From the IMG/VR virus record IMGVR_UViG_2595698293_000001, positions 128,001 to 192,000 of that record: DNA of 64,000 bases. The stretch is one strand, 5' to 3'. The translations under genes and the position numbers were made by a program. The notes beneath the pieces are model-generated. The model worked only from the letters and a program-made list of their open reading frames with translations, was not told the DNA's origin and searched no databases. Shown piece by piece: positions 54,693-64,000 of the stretch (positions within the stretch are counted from its first letter, which is position 1; each line of letters begins with the position of its first letter). The DNA comes from a virus (taxonomy: Duplodnaviria > Caudoviricetes).

Positions 54693-55071
54693 TATAAATG
54701 AAGTTATCGAGCATTTTTATAATTGGGTACTAACGGATCCAATAAAAACTGGATTAATTGAAAAATATAACTGCTCTATGTATTCTTATTGTTCAAATAA
54801 AGCTACGATGTATAGTAAGGATGTTGATAATTATTTACTAATCACTGACGATGTAGTTTATGATGTATTTGACAATGAAATTGTCATTGATGGCAGTGAT
54901 GTTGATGGCAGTGATGTTGATATTGTAAAATTACATGATATGGATTTCTCATGTACTGAATCATCGGCGTTTCAATTAAGCACATTATATGATTTCCGAT
55001 GCAGTACTGAAAGTATTGTATTATTATTGAAAATAGTACATATTTTAAGAAAAAAGAGAATGGTATTATAA
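54685..55071 (+). CDS. Hypothetical protein, FFQxS-motif family member
   Basis: TESSAFQLSTLYDF; 15-bp tandem duplication at 54887-54916 (DGSDV x2). Confidence 0.7.
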   Translation: MTDINEVIEHFYNWVLTDPIKTGLIEKYNCSMYSYCSNKATMYSKDVDNYLLITDDVVYDVFDNEIVIDGSDVDGSDVDIVKLHDMDFSCTESSAFQLSTLYDFRCSTESIVLLLKIVHILRKKRMVL

Positions 55072-55487
55072 TGGTGGAATTTAAGGTTCAAGATTTTTAT
55101 GATTTTGTAATGAAAGCCGAAAAGAATAATCGTGAATATATTAAAACAATTGGGGATAATACATATCGACACTACTGTTATTCTTTAACGGAGGGAATGT
55201 CTGCATTTACAAATTCAACTATGGATAATGTATTATATAATTTATTAATGCATAATTGTCATTATGTATTTGATGTTTACAGTAATCAAATAATTTATAA
55301 AATTATATTTTTTGATAAAAAACAAATTGAAAATACAATTAATTTGGATTGTTATGATTCTGAATCAAAAGAAGGATTTGCTTTTCAGTTATCAGTTTCA
55401 TATGATTTCCCATTTAGTACTGAAGATTATATTTTAATGTTAAAGATTGTTGATAAATTAAGACTAAACGAAAGGAATTTCAAATGA
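55071..55487 (+). CDS. Hypothetical protein, FFQxS-motif family member
   Basis: KEGFAFQLSVSYDF; paralog of the preceding gene. Confidence 0.7.
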   Translation: MVEFKVQDFYDFVMKAEKNNREYIKTIGDNTYRHYCYSLTEGMSAFTNSTMDNVLYNLLMHNCHYVFDVYSNQIIYKIIFFDKKQIENTINLDCYDSESKEGFAFQLSVSYDFPFSTEDYILMLKIVDKLRLNERNFK

Positions 55488-55930
55488 ACATTACTAGTGT
55501 TAAACTAATTTTTGAAAACTGTGAAGCAATAGACATTCCTTTTAATGATATATTGTTTTTGCATATAGGGAAAGAATACAAAAAAACACATAGAACTTTT
55601 AATTCTTTGTCTATATAAACGGTTTTAAAAGAATTTGCTATTGCACTGAATAAGGATATTGAATGTAATTTCTGGAATAACCAGAGCATCGAAGAAAGAC
55701 TTGCTATGCGTGATATAACATGGGTAGAACTGTGCAATAATAATGAGAAAGTATCATATTATATTGAATGGCCTGAATACGATGAACATTATAGTACTGC
55801 ACAACGTTTGCAGTACACACCAGATGGTAATTTAATTTTTACCAGTTCTACTCAATCATTCATCAAAATCGAAACTGATGATATCGATCATATGGCTAAA
55901 TCAATTGGGATATACGGACATGAAAAATGA
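55484..55930 (+). pseudogene. Gene interrupted by an in-frame TAA
   Basis: SD plus ATG 55484; TAA at 55616-55618; frame stays open into the 55706-55930 ORF. Confidence 0.65.
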
Positions 55931-56363
55931 TAACGATGGGGATTTTATAAAAATTCATTTAAAAAGAACCTGGACAGATGTTGCATCAGGTGATATAATG
56001 AACGTAGAATATAGCACAGAAAAGATTTTAGTTAAAAACCAACTTAATGCAAATGATGAAGCAAATGATTTCATTGAAAAAAATGTTGGCGTTTATGTTC
56101 TTGATGGAATAGAATATAAAACTGAACTCATCGAGAAGGATGTCATGAAAGATAAACAGGTATTTTTAACTAAAGAACAAATGTTCGATTTTATTCTCAA
56201 TAATACTGTGACAATCATTCCAGATAACACCATCTGGACTGATGAAAATGGTAATAAAGTCAAAAAGAAATATACGGTATCGATTAATTCAACATCAATG
56301 TGTGGGTTTGACTTAGAAGATGCTATTAATTACTACGTAAACAATAGGAGTTCAATGAAATGA
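55920..56363 (+). CDS. Hypothetical protein
   Basis: Packed ORF. Confidence 0.65.
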   Translation: MKNDNDGDFIKIHLKRTWTDVASGDIMNVEYSTEKILVKNQLNANDEANDFIEKNVGVYVLDGIEYKTELIEKDVMKDKQVFLTKEQMFDFILNNTVTIIPDNTIWTDENGNKVKKKYTVSINSTSMCGFDLEDAINYYVNNRSSMK

Positions 56364-56689
56364 TATTCATTATTGTCGCAGTTATTTGTTGTGTTACGGT
56401 TATTATCTGTAAATCAATTCAGGTAAAAAGTTATCATAAAGCACTGGAGATGGAAAAGAATTTATATAGTACTGAAATTCTTTGTGAAGACCCTAATGCG
56501 AAAAAATCACCATATTCACTAACAAGAGAACTCCATGTAGAATCAGAAACATGGGGATGGACTGTAAACAGAAACGGTGAAAAAGTCAAAAGTTCAAATG
56601 GTTATTATCAAATTCTCAACTTAGATAAAGCACAAGAACTGATGAATACTATGGAAAAAATTGATGGATACAAAATAACCAAATTTTAA
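56360..56689 (+). CDS. Hypothetical membrane-anchored protein
   Basis: N-terminal TM. Confidence 0.65.
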   Translation: MIFIIVAVICCVTVIICKSIQVKSYHKALEMEKNLYSTEILCEDPNAKKSPYSLTRELHVESETWGWTVNRNGEKVKSSNGYYQILNLDKAQELMNTMEKIDGYKITKF

Positions 56690-56706
56690 TCCAGGAGAAA
56701 ATATAT

Positions 56707-57045
56707 ATGGATATTAGTAGTACTATAAAATTCTTGGCAGAGAATTTTGAAAAGATTATCACAAGGGGTGGTTTAATAGTTCACCCCAATACGAATATTA
56801 TGTATCAAATTAGGTTTGACACTCAGTCTTACGATCAAGTACTTGTATTTTCCAAGTTCAATGATTATAAAGAAGTAGTGATGTTTTGTTGTACAGAATT
56901 TGGTGTATATATCAAAGATACTGAAACTCAAACAATTTCCCATTACTTTTACCATACATTAATGGGCACTGATTTATTTGGTCTTAAATTTAATGATTTG
57001 GCTAATTTACATTACATGTTCAAACACTATCCACACACTAACTAA
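56707..57045 (+). CDS. Hypothetical protein
   Basis: AGGAG SD. Confidence 0.65.
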   Translation: MDISSTIKFLAENFEKIITRGGLIVHPNTNIMYQIRFDTQSYDQVLVFSKFNDYKEVVMFCCTEFGVYIKDTETQTISHYFYHTLMGTDLFGLKFNDLANLHYMFKHYPHTN

Positions 57046-57054
57046 GGAAGTACA

Positions 57055-57891
57055 ATGAAAAATATTATTTTTAAAAACATTGCGTTTGTAAAAGATCTAT
57101 ACACTGGTGCATATGTATCTGGTAATAAACTAATTATCTCTGCTGGTAATGATTATGAAGTGCAATTTGAGTCCAGTGATAAGGCATTTGAAGGTTTAAC
57201 TGAACTAGATAGTCTGTTGAATGCAGAAGAACATACCAAATCACCAAAAGCAAATACTGTTTCTGATGAAATTACTTCTCTCTTGAACGGTATTAAAAAC
57301 GGTTCAGTACTGAATACTATTAACGGCATTAATGATAAACTTCGTAATAAAGTAAGTTCATTTAAAAACGATGCACAAGAAAAAGCAATGGAAATCGCAT
57401 TTGAAAAACTATTTAAAGAAGGTTCACTTGCTATCGATAAAGCTATTTCTGATCTGGACAACGCTTTCAACGTTCTGTTCCCTGAAGATGAAACAGAAAC
57501 ACCAAAACAACCAAATACAACTAGCACAAAACCCACTGAAACCACTGAAAGCACAGAAAGTATTAAATCCAAAAAATTTAACATTGATGATATTTTTAGT
57601 ACTCTAAATGTTGGTCAGGATCAAAGTGTACTAACTTTTGATAAAATCATGGCTTCTGATAAGATCATTGATGATATGACAAGTACTGAACTTCGTCGTA
57701 TTATTGATATTTTCATTGATGAAATTGTGAATTCCGAAAAAGGTAAAGAGATGATTGATTCAATCAAAACCAATTTTGGTACAGCAGAAGTTGATGCCGC
57801 GATCCAGAAAATCAAAGATACTGCATATCAGGTTTGTATTGAAAATTCAAATCTAACATTTGCTGATGTGATGCAAAAATACTTCTTTTAA
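57055..57891 (+). CDS. Hypothetical protein
   Basis: AAGGA SD; T/E/P-rich linker; terminator at 57912-57938. Confidence 0.75.
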   Translation: MKNIIFKNIAFVKDLYTGAYVSGNKLIISAGNDYEVQFESSDKAFEGLTELDSLLNAEEHTKSPKANTVSDEITSLLNGIKNGSVLNTINGINDKLRNKVSSFKNDAQEKAMEIAFEKLFKEGSLAIDKAISDLDNAFNVLFPEDETETPKQPNTTSTKPTETTESTESIKSKKFNIDDIFSTLNVGQDQSVLTFDKIMASDKIIDDMTSTELRRIIDIFIDEIVNSEKGKEMIDSIKTNFGTAEVDAAIQKIKDTAYQVCIENSNLTFADVMQKYFF

Positions 57892-57968
57892 TGTATAAAA
57901 TTTGATATAATAAAAGCCTCCCTTCGTGGAGGCTTTTTTCGTTCTTTTTTTTTAATTTAAATTGAGTC

Positions 57969-57997
57969 TTGACAAATAATACATTTTTATGTATAAT
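57969..57997 (+). promoter_or_regulatory. Sigma70 consensus promoter
   Basis: TTGACA-N17-TATAAT. Confidence 0.75.
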
Positions 57998-58032
57998 AAT
58001 CCTAATAATTAGAAAAGTATCAGGTGTGATTT

Positions 58033-58617
58033 ATGTTAAGTACTTTTAAGCGAGTTTATTTAAGAAACAACAAAATGCAAGTTCGTTTACACAAAGACGA
58101 AGCTGATTCGTTTATGGCTAAAGCTATTGTTAAATCTGAATTGTACAAACGCCTTTCACCAAAAGAAAGCTCGCCATATGGATTTAATCACCCACACAGC
58201 CATTATGTTGGATTGGTGTGTGAACACGCTGCTTATGTGTTGTTCACGGAACTGGAAGAAATGACTGGCATCAAATACGATATCGATCCAGCATTCCAGA
58301 ATAGTAAAAGAGATGGTGAATGTGATTTAATTGTTAACAATCTACGTATAGAAGTGAAGGGTATTAAGTACAAATCATGGACTAATTATGGTCCGTGTAT
58401 CAGTACAAGACAATTGAAGAATATTGAGAAAAAAGCAGATATCATTCTGTGGGTTTTGTATAATGAAAAACGTCATGAATTTTCGTTTGAAGGTTTTAAT
58501 TATGTAAAAGATGTACATACTGTACCAGTTAAAATTACTGGTGCTAAAGGTAAACCACAAATTAAAAATCATCCAGTTATTGATATTATTAAACCATTAC
58601 AGGAATTACCAATATGA
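58033..58617 (+). CDS. Putative PD-(D/E)xK nuclease
   Basis: GLVCEHAA...DGECDLIV...IEVKG. Confidence 0.55.
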   Translation: MLSTFKRVYLRNNKMQVRLHKDEADSFMAKAIVKSELYKRLSPKESSPYGFNHPHSHYVGLVCEHAAYVLFTELEEMTGIKYDIDPAFQNSKRDGECDLIVNNLRIEVKGIKYKSWTNYGPCISTRQLKNIEKKADIILWVLYNEKRHEFSFEGFNYVKDVHTVPVKITGAKGKPQIKNHPVIDIIKPLQELPI

Positions 58618-58871
58618 TCAAATGTAATATCGTAGTGTATAATTATGAGATTAATTCACGCGATGGAAGTGAAGAATTAGTGAATTCATATTTAGAATAT
58701 GTAGTTAATTTTCCAGTACTGCCGGCGATTGGTTCTGAATTGAAAATTTATACATACAATGAAAAAGTATATGTAGTACTGGATATCGAATACAGAACAC
58801 GTATTATGGACTGTCATAATGTTGACAATCCAAGTACCATGGAAATTAATATCATTGTTAAGGAAGTATAA
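58614..58871 (+). CDS. Hypothetical protein (paralog of the next gene)
   Basis: LPAIGSEL...YVVLDIEY versus LPRTGEL...FIVEQIEH. Confidence 0.65.
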   Translation: MIKCNIVVYNYEINSRDGSEELVNSYLEYVVNFPVLPAIGSELKIYTYNEKVYVVLDIEYRTRIMDCHNVDNPSTMEINIIVKEV

Positions 58872-59113
58872 TGAACCAACAATACATGATTAAAGTGGTT
58901 TTGTACAAAAATGATAGTCAGAGAACTAAAATCTGTTCTTCTTATGTTCAGTCATTACCAAGAACCGGAGAACTTATTACAGTACTTAATGATAAATTCA
59001 TTGTTGAACAGATTGAACACACACTGTATCCAATTAGTACAACCGATACTGTTTCGTGGAATATGAATCAACATTCTGAATCTGGTATTGCTATTATTTG
59101 TACAAAAACATAA
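58871..59113 (+). CDS. Hypothetical protein
   Basis: Coupled start. Confidence 0.65.
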   Translation: MNQQYMIKVVLYKNDSQRTKICSSYVQSLPRTGELITVLNDKFIVEQIEHTLYPISTTDTVSWNMNQHSESGIAIICTKT

Positions 59114-59123
59114 GGTACCACAT

Positions 59124-59570
59124 ATGATGTATTTTATATTTCTGTACTTAATATGTCACCTTGTTATTGTTACTATTATGGACAGACATTCACACTTTGG
59201 ATATAGTTATAAAGTTGCTAAGATTTATGGTTTTAAATCTTATTTTGTTGCACTATTTTATAGTTATATACTCGATCCAAAGTATATGATATTGTCTCTT
59301 ATACTACAAAAAGAAGCAAACATTGATACTATTTCTAAAATAGAATTCGTATGTAGGCGATTTCTTAATTCAGATGATAAATGTTCAGTTAAATTTCATT
59401 CGGATAAAGTTATTTTTGTATATAACAATGTATTCACTTGTGGTATTGAATTAAATCAGGTATTAGGTATAGTTGATATTTCATGGAATCATAACGTCAT
59501 TATGCATCCAAGAACTATCAAGCTAATAGAAGCATGTAAAATAAAAGTTGACAGCGACACAAAGAGATGA
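59124..59570 (+). CDS. Hypothetical membrane protein
   Basis: Hydrophobic N-terminus. Confidence 0.6.
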   Translation: MMYFIFLYLICHLVIVTIMDRHSHFGYSYKVAKIYGFKSYFVALFYSYILDPKYMILSLILQKEANIDTISKIEFVCRRFLNSDDKCSVKFHSDKVIFVYNNVFTCGIELNQVLGIVDISWNHNVIMHPRTIKLIEACKIKVDSDTKR

Positions 59571-59604
59571 TATTATATAGAATAAACATATTAAAGAGGT
59601 GTAT

Positions 59605-60072
59605 ATGGATGCTTTAGCTACTCTATTCAAACTGAATACTTCAGAAAAAGAAGGTTATTTGAGTATCAGTGATCTTGAAAATACAAGTGAATATATTTTC
59701 AAAAATACAATCAAAATTAAAGCGAATAAGGATAAAAGCAATACACATTTCACAAAATGGATTGCTTATTGGGAGGGTGTTAATTTCGCAGTTGAAATGA
59801 CAGTTCTACCAAAAGTATTAAGTACCGGATTTGTTAAAGTTGTTATTATTGATAAAAATCTTCGACCAATTTCAGAAATTGGTGAATACCCAGTTAAGGG
59901 TACTAAAGTTTTTGGTACCATGATCAATAATAAGTTCATGATCGAAAAAACAAAAACTCAATACATCAATCAGGTTATTTCTGAATTCGAGAACAAACCT
60001 AAACCAAAAACTAAAACTGAAACCAATGAAGAATATGTTAATAAAATTAAAGAAGCATGGGGATTGAAATAA
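59605..60072 (+). CDS. Hypothetical protein
   Basis: GAGGTG SD; promoter upstream. Confidence 0.7.
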   Translation: MDALATLFKLNTSEKEGYLSISDLENTSEYIFKNTIKIKANKDKSNTHFTKWIAYWEGVNFAVEMTVLPKVLSTGFVKVVIIDKNLRPISEIGEYPVKGTKVFGTMINNKFMIEKTKTQYINQVISEFENKPKPKTKTETNEEYVNKIKEAWGLK

Positions 60073-60521
60073 TGTTAACTTTAAAAAATCTAAAGTACTT
60101 AATTATGATTAGTATTATCCTATTCATCTCCAATGTACCTATGGATATTTTTAAATTTGGTGACACACGATTGGGTGCATTCATTGGTGTATATAGTTTA
60201 ATATTCTGCATCATAACATTTGTGGTTGCGTTTGTTATGTTCATTGAAGATATGTATGATGATAAAGACTTTTATTTCGAATTTCTCGGAAAAGATAGTT
60301 ATTCATTTATCTGGACATTCTCTATTTTACCAGCATTAATTTATGCATTCTTTATCGCAGAGGGTGGTATCGCCTATGGAGTTATGGGTATCTTCTTATT
60401 TCTTTTCTGGGAAAGAATCAGAACTATTCAAAACCGATATGCTCAAGAATATCGTGATGAAGAACTAAAAAATGAAGCAATGCGTAAGAATTATCCACCA
60501 GAAGAGGTAGAAATTAAATGA
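60072..60521 (+). CDS. Four-TM membrane protein
   Basis: Hydrophobic segments; paralog of the next gene. Confidence 0.7.
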   Translation: MLTLKNLKYLIMISIILFISNVPMDIFKFGDTRLGAFIGVYSLIFCIITFVVAFVMFIEDMYDDKDFYFEFLGKDSYSFIWTFSILPALIYAFFIAEGGIAYGVMGIFLFLFWERIRTIQNRYAQEYRDEELKNEAMRKNYPPEEVEIK

Positions 60522-60946
60522 GTACTTATTTGAAAATAACACTATTTGCTTTTATTGTATTTCTTATTCAGTTATATGGTATTCTTGTACATAACTACAA
60601 TTTACCTTCATTTCTGAATGAATCTTGGTATATTGGTTCTTTTTGGGTTACTGGAGCATTGGGTGTACTTGGGGTAATTCTGTCAATTGCAATAATCATT
60701 ATTACAGCCGACGATGCAGACAAAGAAACTACTATTAAAATGTTCGGATTTGATGAACTTAGTCCGTGGATTTATAGTAGACCATTCCTTTTATTGGCTA
60801 TTGTATTTGTACAACTAGGTTCTCTATGGGTTGCTGCTTTCTGTTTTAGTGTGTGGTCTTACCAAACTCTTCAGATTAGTGAACACCGTGACTATTTGAT
60901 TGAAAAGCTAACAAAAGAGGCAGAAAAAGGCACCAAAAATCATTAA
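60518..60946 (+). CDS. Four-TM membrane protein
   Basis: Hydrophobic segments; KMFGFDELSPWIY versus EFLGKDSYSFIW. Confidence 0.7.
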   Translation: MSTYLKITLFAFIVFLIQLYGILVHNYNLPSFLNESWYIGSFWVTGALGVLGVILSIAIIIITADDADKETTIKMFGFDELSPWIYSRPFLLLAIVFVQLGSLWVAAFCFSVWSYQTLQISEHRDYLIEKLTKEAEKGTKNH

Positions 60947-61016
60947 TCATTGACAAATGTTCTTCACATGAGGTAATATCATTACCTCATTTTAATTCAA
61001 AAGAAGGAATGCAACC

Positions 61017-61319
61017 ATGAAAGATATTCTCATTGCAGTTGATGGTAGTGCTAAAACAATATCAAAAGGTATGCGTCTCTCCGTAGCCAAAACCCTTAGT
61101 AATGTATGCCCTGATTCTAAAATTTTATTTTGTCAAATTACAGACAAAAATATTATAGAATTAGATATTGATTTATTCTTTAAGTATGATCATCTTTTGT
61201 GTGGCACAAAAGCAAATATTGATCTGATATATTTAATTGATGATTTTGATCATAAATTCCTTATCACAGATAACAGTAATATTGAAAGTTCTGAAAACTT
61301 CAATGTAGTACTTTACTAA
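61017..61319 (+). CDS. Hypothetical protein (degenerate vWA-like IAVDGS motif)
   Basis: ILIAVDGS...GT...LITD. Confidence 0.55.
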   Translation: MKDILIAVDGSAKTISKGMRLSVAKTLSNVCPDSKILFCQITDKNIIELDIDLFFKYDHLLCGTKANIDLIYLIDDFDHKFLITDNSNIESSENFNVVLY

Positions 61320-61339
61320 CCAACTGGAGATGTATTATA

Positions 61340-61795
61340 ATGCAAAAACTCAATGCATGGGTAGAGAATACCAGAATTTATCCACCTTCTGAAATGTTTT
61401 ATCAGGCTGACTCAAAACAAGCAAAGGCCGAGAAACGCATTGTAAGCATCTGTGAAGAGCTTTATGTTTTTACCTGTACTACCCTAAGCGATATGAGAGC
61501 GGCCTACACAGAGCTTTCTATGGCGGTTAGAATGGGTATTTCGGATATGCGTCAGGTTTATGTAGAAGAAATTTGTGGAAAGACTGCATTTCATATTGAT
61601 AATGCAGTAAAAGCATTAGACACTATGCATAAGCGAGATCCACTTCTACAGGCTTATTATAAAGAATGGTCATGTAAATCAAAGGATTTAAAAGATGAAA
61701 TTAAATCTACACTGATCAATGCTTTTCCGGGTGTTGATAAATCCGTACTTTTATCAAACCTACAGTACTGGTACGATAAAGAGAGTGAAAAATGA
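61340..61795 (+). CDS. Hypothetical protein
   Basis: GGAG SD. Confidence 0.7.
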   Translation: MQKLNAWVENTRIYPPSEMFYQADSKQAKAEKRIVSICEELYVFTCTTLSDMRAAYTELSMAVRMGISDMRQVYVEEICGKTAFHIDNAVKALDTMHKRDPLLQAYYKEWSCKSKDLKDEIKSTLINAFPGVDKSVLLSNLQYWYDKESEK

Positions 61796-62304
61796 CAACT
61801 GTTTACATCGATAAACGTTGTGGATTAGCAATGACAGATTCAAGAGTTACATCTACAATAGAACGTGCTTTTCTTGGTGTTTTTCCATTGCAATCAAAAA
61901 ATCAATACAGTAAAGTACTACAAAAATCAATGTACATACACGATCGATTATTTTTAAGTTGTGGTACAGTATCTGAGATTAACAAGGTACTAAGGTATTT
62001 GGTTGAACAAAAACCAATAGTACCAAGTAGAAAAGATGGATGCCACTGTCTTTTACTTGATAAAGAGTATTGTATTAATTTTGTAATTCACAATGGTGTA
62101 CTGAAAAAGTTTGTACAATTCATTGATAAAAATTATGTATTCAGTATGGGTAGTGGTTCTTCTCATATGAGAAATACCTTTAATGATATCGGTTCATTAA
62201 AATTAAATAATATGTCATTATCGGAATACGTTATTGATGAATTCAGTAAAGTATCAGAAAAAGATATATATACTGATAATAATATTAATTTATACAAAAT
62301 TTGA
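61792..62304 (+). CDS. HslV/proteasome-beta-like Ntn hydrolase
   Basis: N-terminal MTT, TDSRVT, SMGSGS, D.YT near the C-terminus. Confidence 0.7.
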   Translation: MTTVYIDKRCGLAMTDSRVTSTIERAFLGVFPLQSKNQYSKVLQKSMYIHDRLFLSCGTVSEINKVLRYLVEQKPIVPSRKDGCHCLLLDKEYCINFVIHNGVLKKFVQFIDKNYVFSMGSGSSHMRNTFNDIGSLKLNNMSLSEYVIDEFSKVSEKDIYTDNNINLYKI

Positions 62305-62367
62305 TTAATTTAAAGACCAAATTGAATTTGGTCTTTTTTGTTTTATTACATATAAAAAGGATGAATA

Positions 62368-63264
62368 ATGAAAGAAGTTGATCTAAATGAACTAAGTGCT
62401 GAAATCATGGAAACATTATTTGATGAATCTGATATTGAGCAATCAAAAAATATTAAGAGTACAAAAGATAATATCAGTCTCAAACATCCAACTGGTGTTA
62501 CAAATGAAATGCTGTTAAATGAAATACATAATGGTATTAATGTAAAACAAAATCGTGAATTACTTATCCGTTATAATTATCCACTAGCAGTCAGTATTGC
62601 TAAACGTTGTAAATGTTATATTCCAGAAGAAGATAAAATTTCTTATGCAGTAGAGGGTCTTTTGAATTCAATTCATAATTTTGACCTTACAAAAGGTGTA
62701 TTATTCAGTACTTATGCCAGTGCTTCCATTTACATGACAGTGATGAACATGAGTAATGAACATAATAATTTAGTTTATATCCCCCGCCATGTAAGTGTAC
62801 ATAATGTTAATATTCGTAAATTTGCAAATGACTACGAAAAGAAACACGGCAAAAAATGCAAACCTGAACTTATTTCAAAAGAACTCGGAATTAATGTTGA
62901 TACTGTTGAGTTGTGTTTGTCTTTCCAGGAAACCACATCTCTTGATACTCCAACTTCTGACGATAGTACTGCACTAATTGATACCATTGCCAGTGATTGT
63001 AATGTAGAACAAAATGACGTTGATAGTATTGTTCTGGAATTGATGAATGAACTAGAACCAAAAGAAAAGGAAATCCTTTCCAGAATTTATGGTTTGAATG
63101 GATATGCACCAGAAACCTATGATAGCTTGATTAGTACTGGATTTTATGATAAAAAGGGTAAACGTATCACTGTTCGCGGAACTTTACATTACAAATTCAG
63201 TACTGCACTTGAGAAACTAAAGCGTTTGGTTCGTCTAAAAGGATTAACTGCCAAAGATGTTTAA
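62368..63264 (+). CDS. Sigma-70 family RNA polymerase sigma factor
   Basis: LIRYNYPLAVSIAKR, GLL.SI..FDLTKGVLFSTYA, SLDTP, L.PKEKEILSRIYGL. Confidence 0.88.
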   Translation: MKEVDLNELSAEIMETLFDESDIEQSKNIKSTKDNISLKHPTGVTNEMLLNEIHNGINVKQNRELLIRYNYPLAVSIAKRCKCYIPEEDKISYAVEGLLNSIHNFDLTKGVLFSTYASASIYMTVMNMSNEHNNLVYIPRHVSVHNVNIRKFANDYEKKHGKKCKPELISKELGINVDTVELCLSFQETTSLDTPTSDDSTALIDTIASDCNVEQNDVDSIVLELMNELEPKEKEILSRIYGLNGYAPETYDSLISTGFYDKKGKRITVRGTLHYKFSTALEKLKRLVRLKGLTAKDV

Positions 63265-63290
63265 ATTGATATTTTTTCTTTATTAAATAC

Positions 63291-63319
63291 TTGAACAAAA
63301 TTTTTTACAGTGATATAAT
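63291..63319 (+). promoter_or_regulatory. Promoter driving the downstream non-coding region
   Basis: TTGAAC-N17-TATAAT. Confidence 0.65.
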
Positions 63320-63325
63320 GTTTGT

Positions 63326-63935
63326 AATACATGGATGTTGGACATTCTTTTTGAAAAGAACGTATGGATAAAAACCCGATTAGCCGAAAATGTAACGCTA
63401 CGGATGAGTATAACCAACATATACGAGATGCAGAGGATACCCGAAAGGCGAGACGGCATCTAAAAGGATAGGAAATAGCACTGCCTATCCCAAGCTTACA
63501 TTAGGCTTGATAGATCGCAAATCTGGTTGAGTCCAGACAAATAAAGAGTGTAAGGGAGATTATTTTCTTTTAGATATTTTGGAAATAATCACAGTATTGA
63601 ATTGCTTGAATAGTTCGGTACTGAAGTGCAAGTATGTTTAAACTTGTGACCGTTGCATGTGACTGCGATAGGACGAAACAGGGCAACCCGCGTTCGTGTA
63701 CCAAAAGGTATAATTCGCAATTCAAGGAATTTCGACAGCTACGAGCTTCAAGGCTTAGCTTTTTATTTCTCTTCCCCTCCCTGTGGGGGGATGAAAATAT
63801 CTCGTGCAAACGCCTTCAAGTATTGAAATTCACGAAGTGAATTGAAATTACTTGTTCTGTAGTCGAACGACAGTGAGACGTGAGAACAAGTAATTTCTGC
63901 ATGTATCAACGAAGTGACAACGAGTTGATACATAG
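63326..63935 (+). ncRNA. Candidate large structured ncRNA (about 610 nt)
   Basis: GC-richer, no credible ORF; more than 10 hairpins including the 15-bp GAAATTACTTGTTCT/AGAACAAGTAATTTC and G-U-rich stems. Confidence 0.65.
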
Positions 63936-64000
63936 CACTTTAAAACATTATTGAATTCAATAATTAATATTATTATGGTTATTGAAGAAATCAAATCGGA

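Noticed and set aside
56707-57045. Additional FFQxS-family members (this ORF and 31052-31642)
   Set aside because: Only weak motif resemblance (SHYFYHTLMGTD; DKSHFSILNV); cannot be supported without a profile search.
63570-63840. ORFs 63570-63809 (-) and 63634-63840 (+)
   Set aside because: No SD, atypical composition, and they lie inside a densely base-paired region; likely spurious.

Overview
AT-rich (roughly 30% GC by eye) segment of a large lytic T4-related jumbo myophage. The gene content resembles the RaK2/GAP32/121Q/PBECO4-type enterobacterial jumbo phages; this is an inference, not a database match. Positions 1-31 kb hold conserved core and accessory genes: nrdA/nrdB, YggL-like, MazG-like pyrophosphatase, two tandem T4-T-like holins on the minus strand, DHFR, Mom-like GNAT, Dda helicase, IF3, ClpS-like, two topoisomerase II subunits with a Hef-like endonuclease between them, a DnaE fragment, GroES, clamp loader, TelA-like pair and DexA-like exonuclease. 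Positions 31-62 kb hold densely packed small ORFs, a C5 DNA methyltransferase, two Pth2-like genes, an HslV-like protease, a sigma-70-family gene and a tRNA cluster (7 intact tRNAs, 2 degenerate). Four signals are not explained by standard annotation. (1) An array of tRNA-mimicking ncRNAs that keep an acceptor stem, often a T-like stem and often a 3' NCCA, but have no anticodon arm, including three covarying copies of an exact 50-nt element. (2) Two large, highly structured ncRNA candidates of about 490 and 610 nt. (3) At least 15 divergent small proteins sharing a C-terminal E-E-x-F-F-Q-x-S-[TL]-[LI]-x-D motif. (4) Strong window-wide enrichment of the palindrome AGTACT, extending to TTCAGTACTGAA. 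All functional calls come from motif recognition by eye, without database searches.
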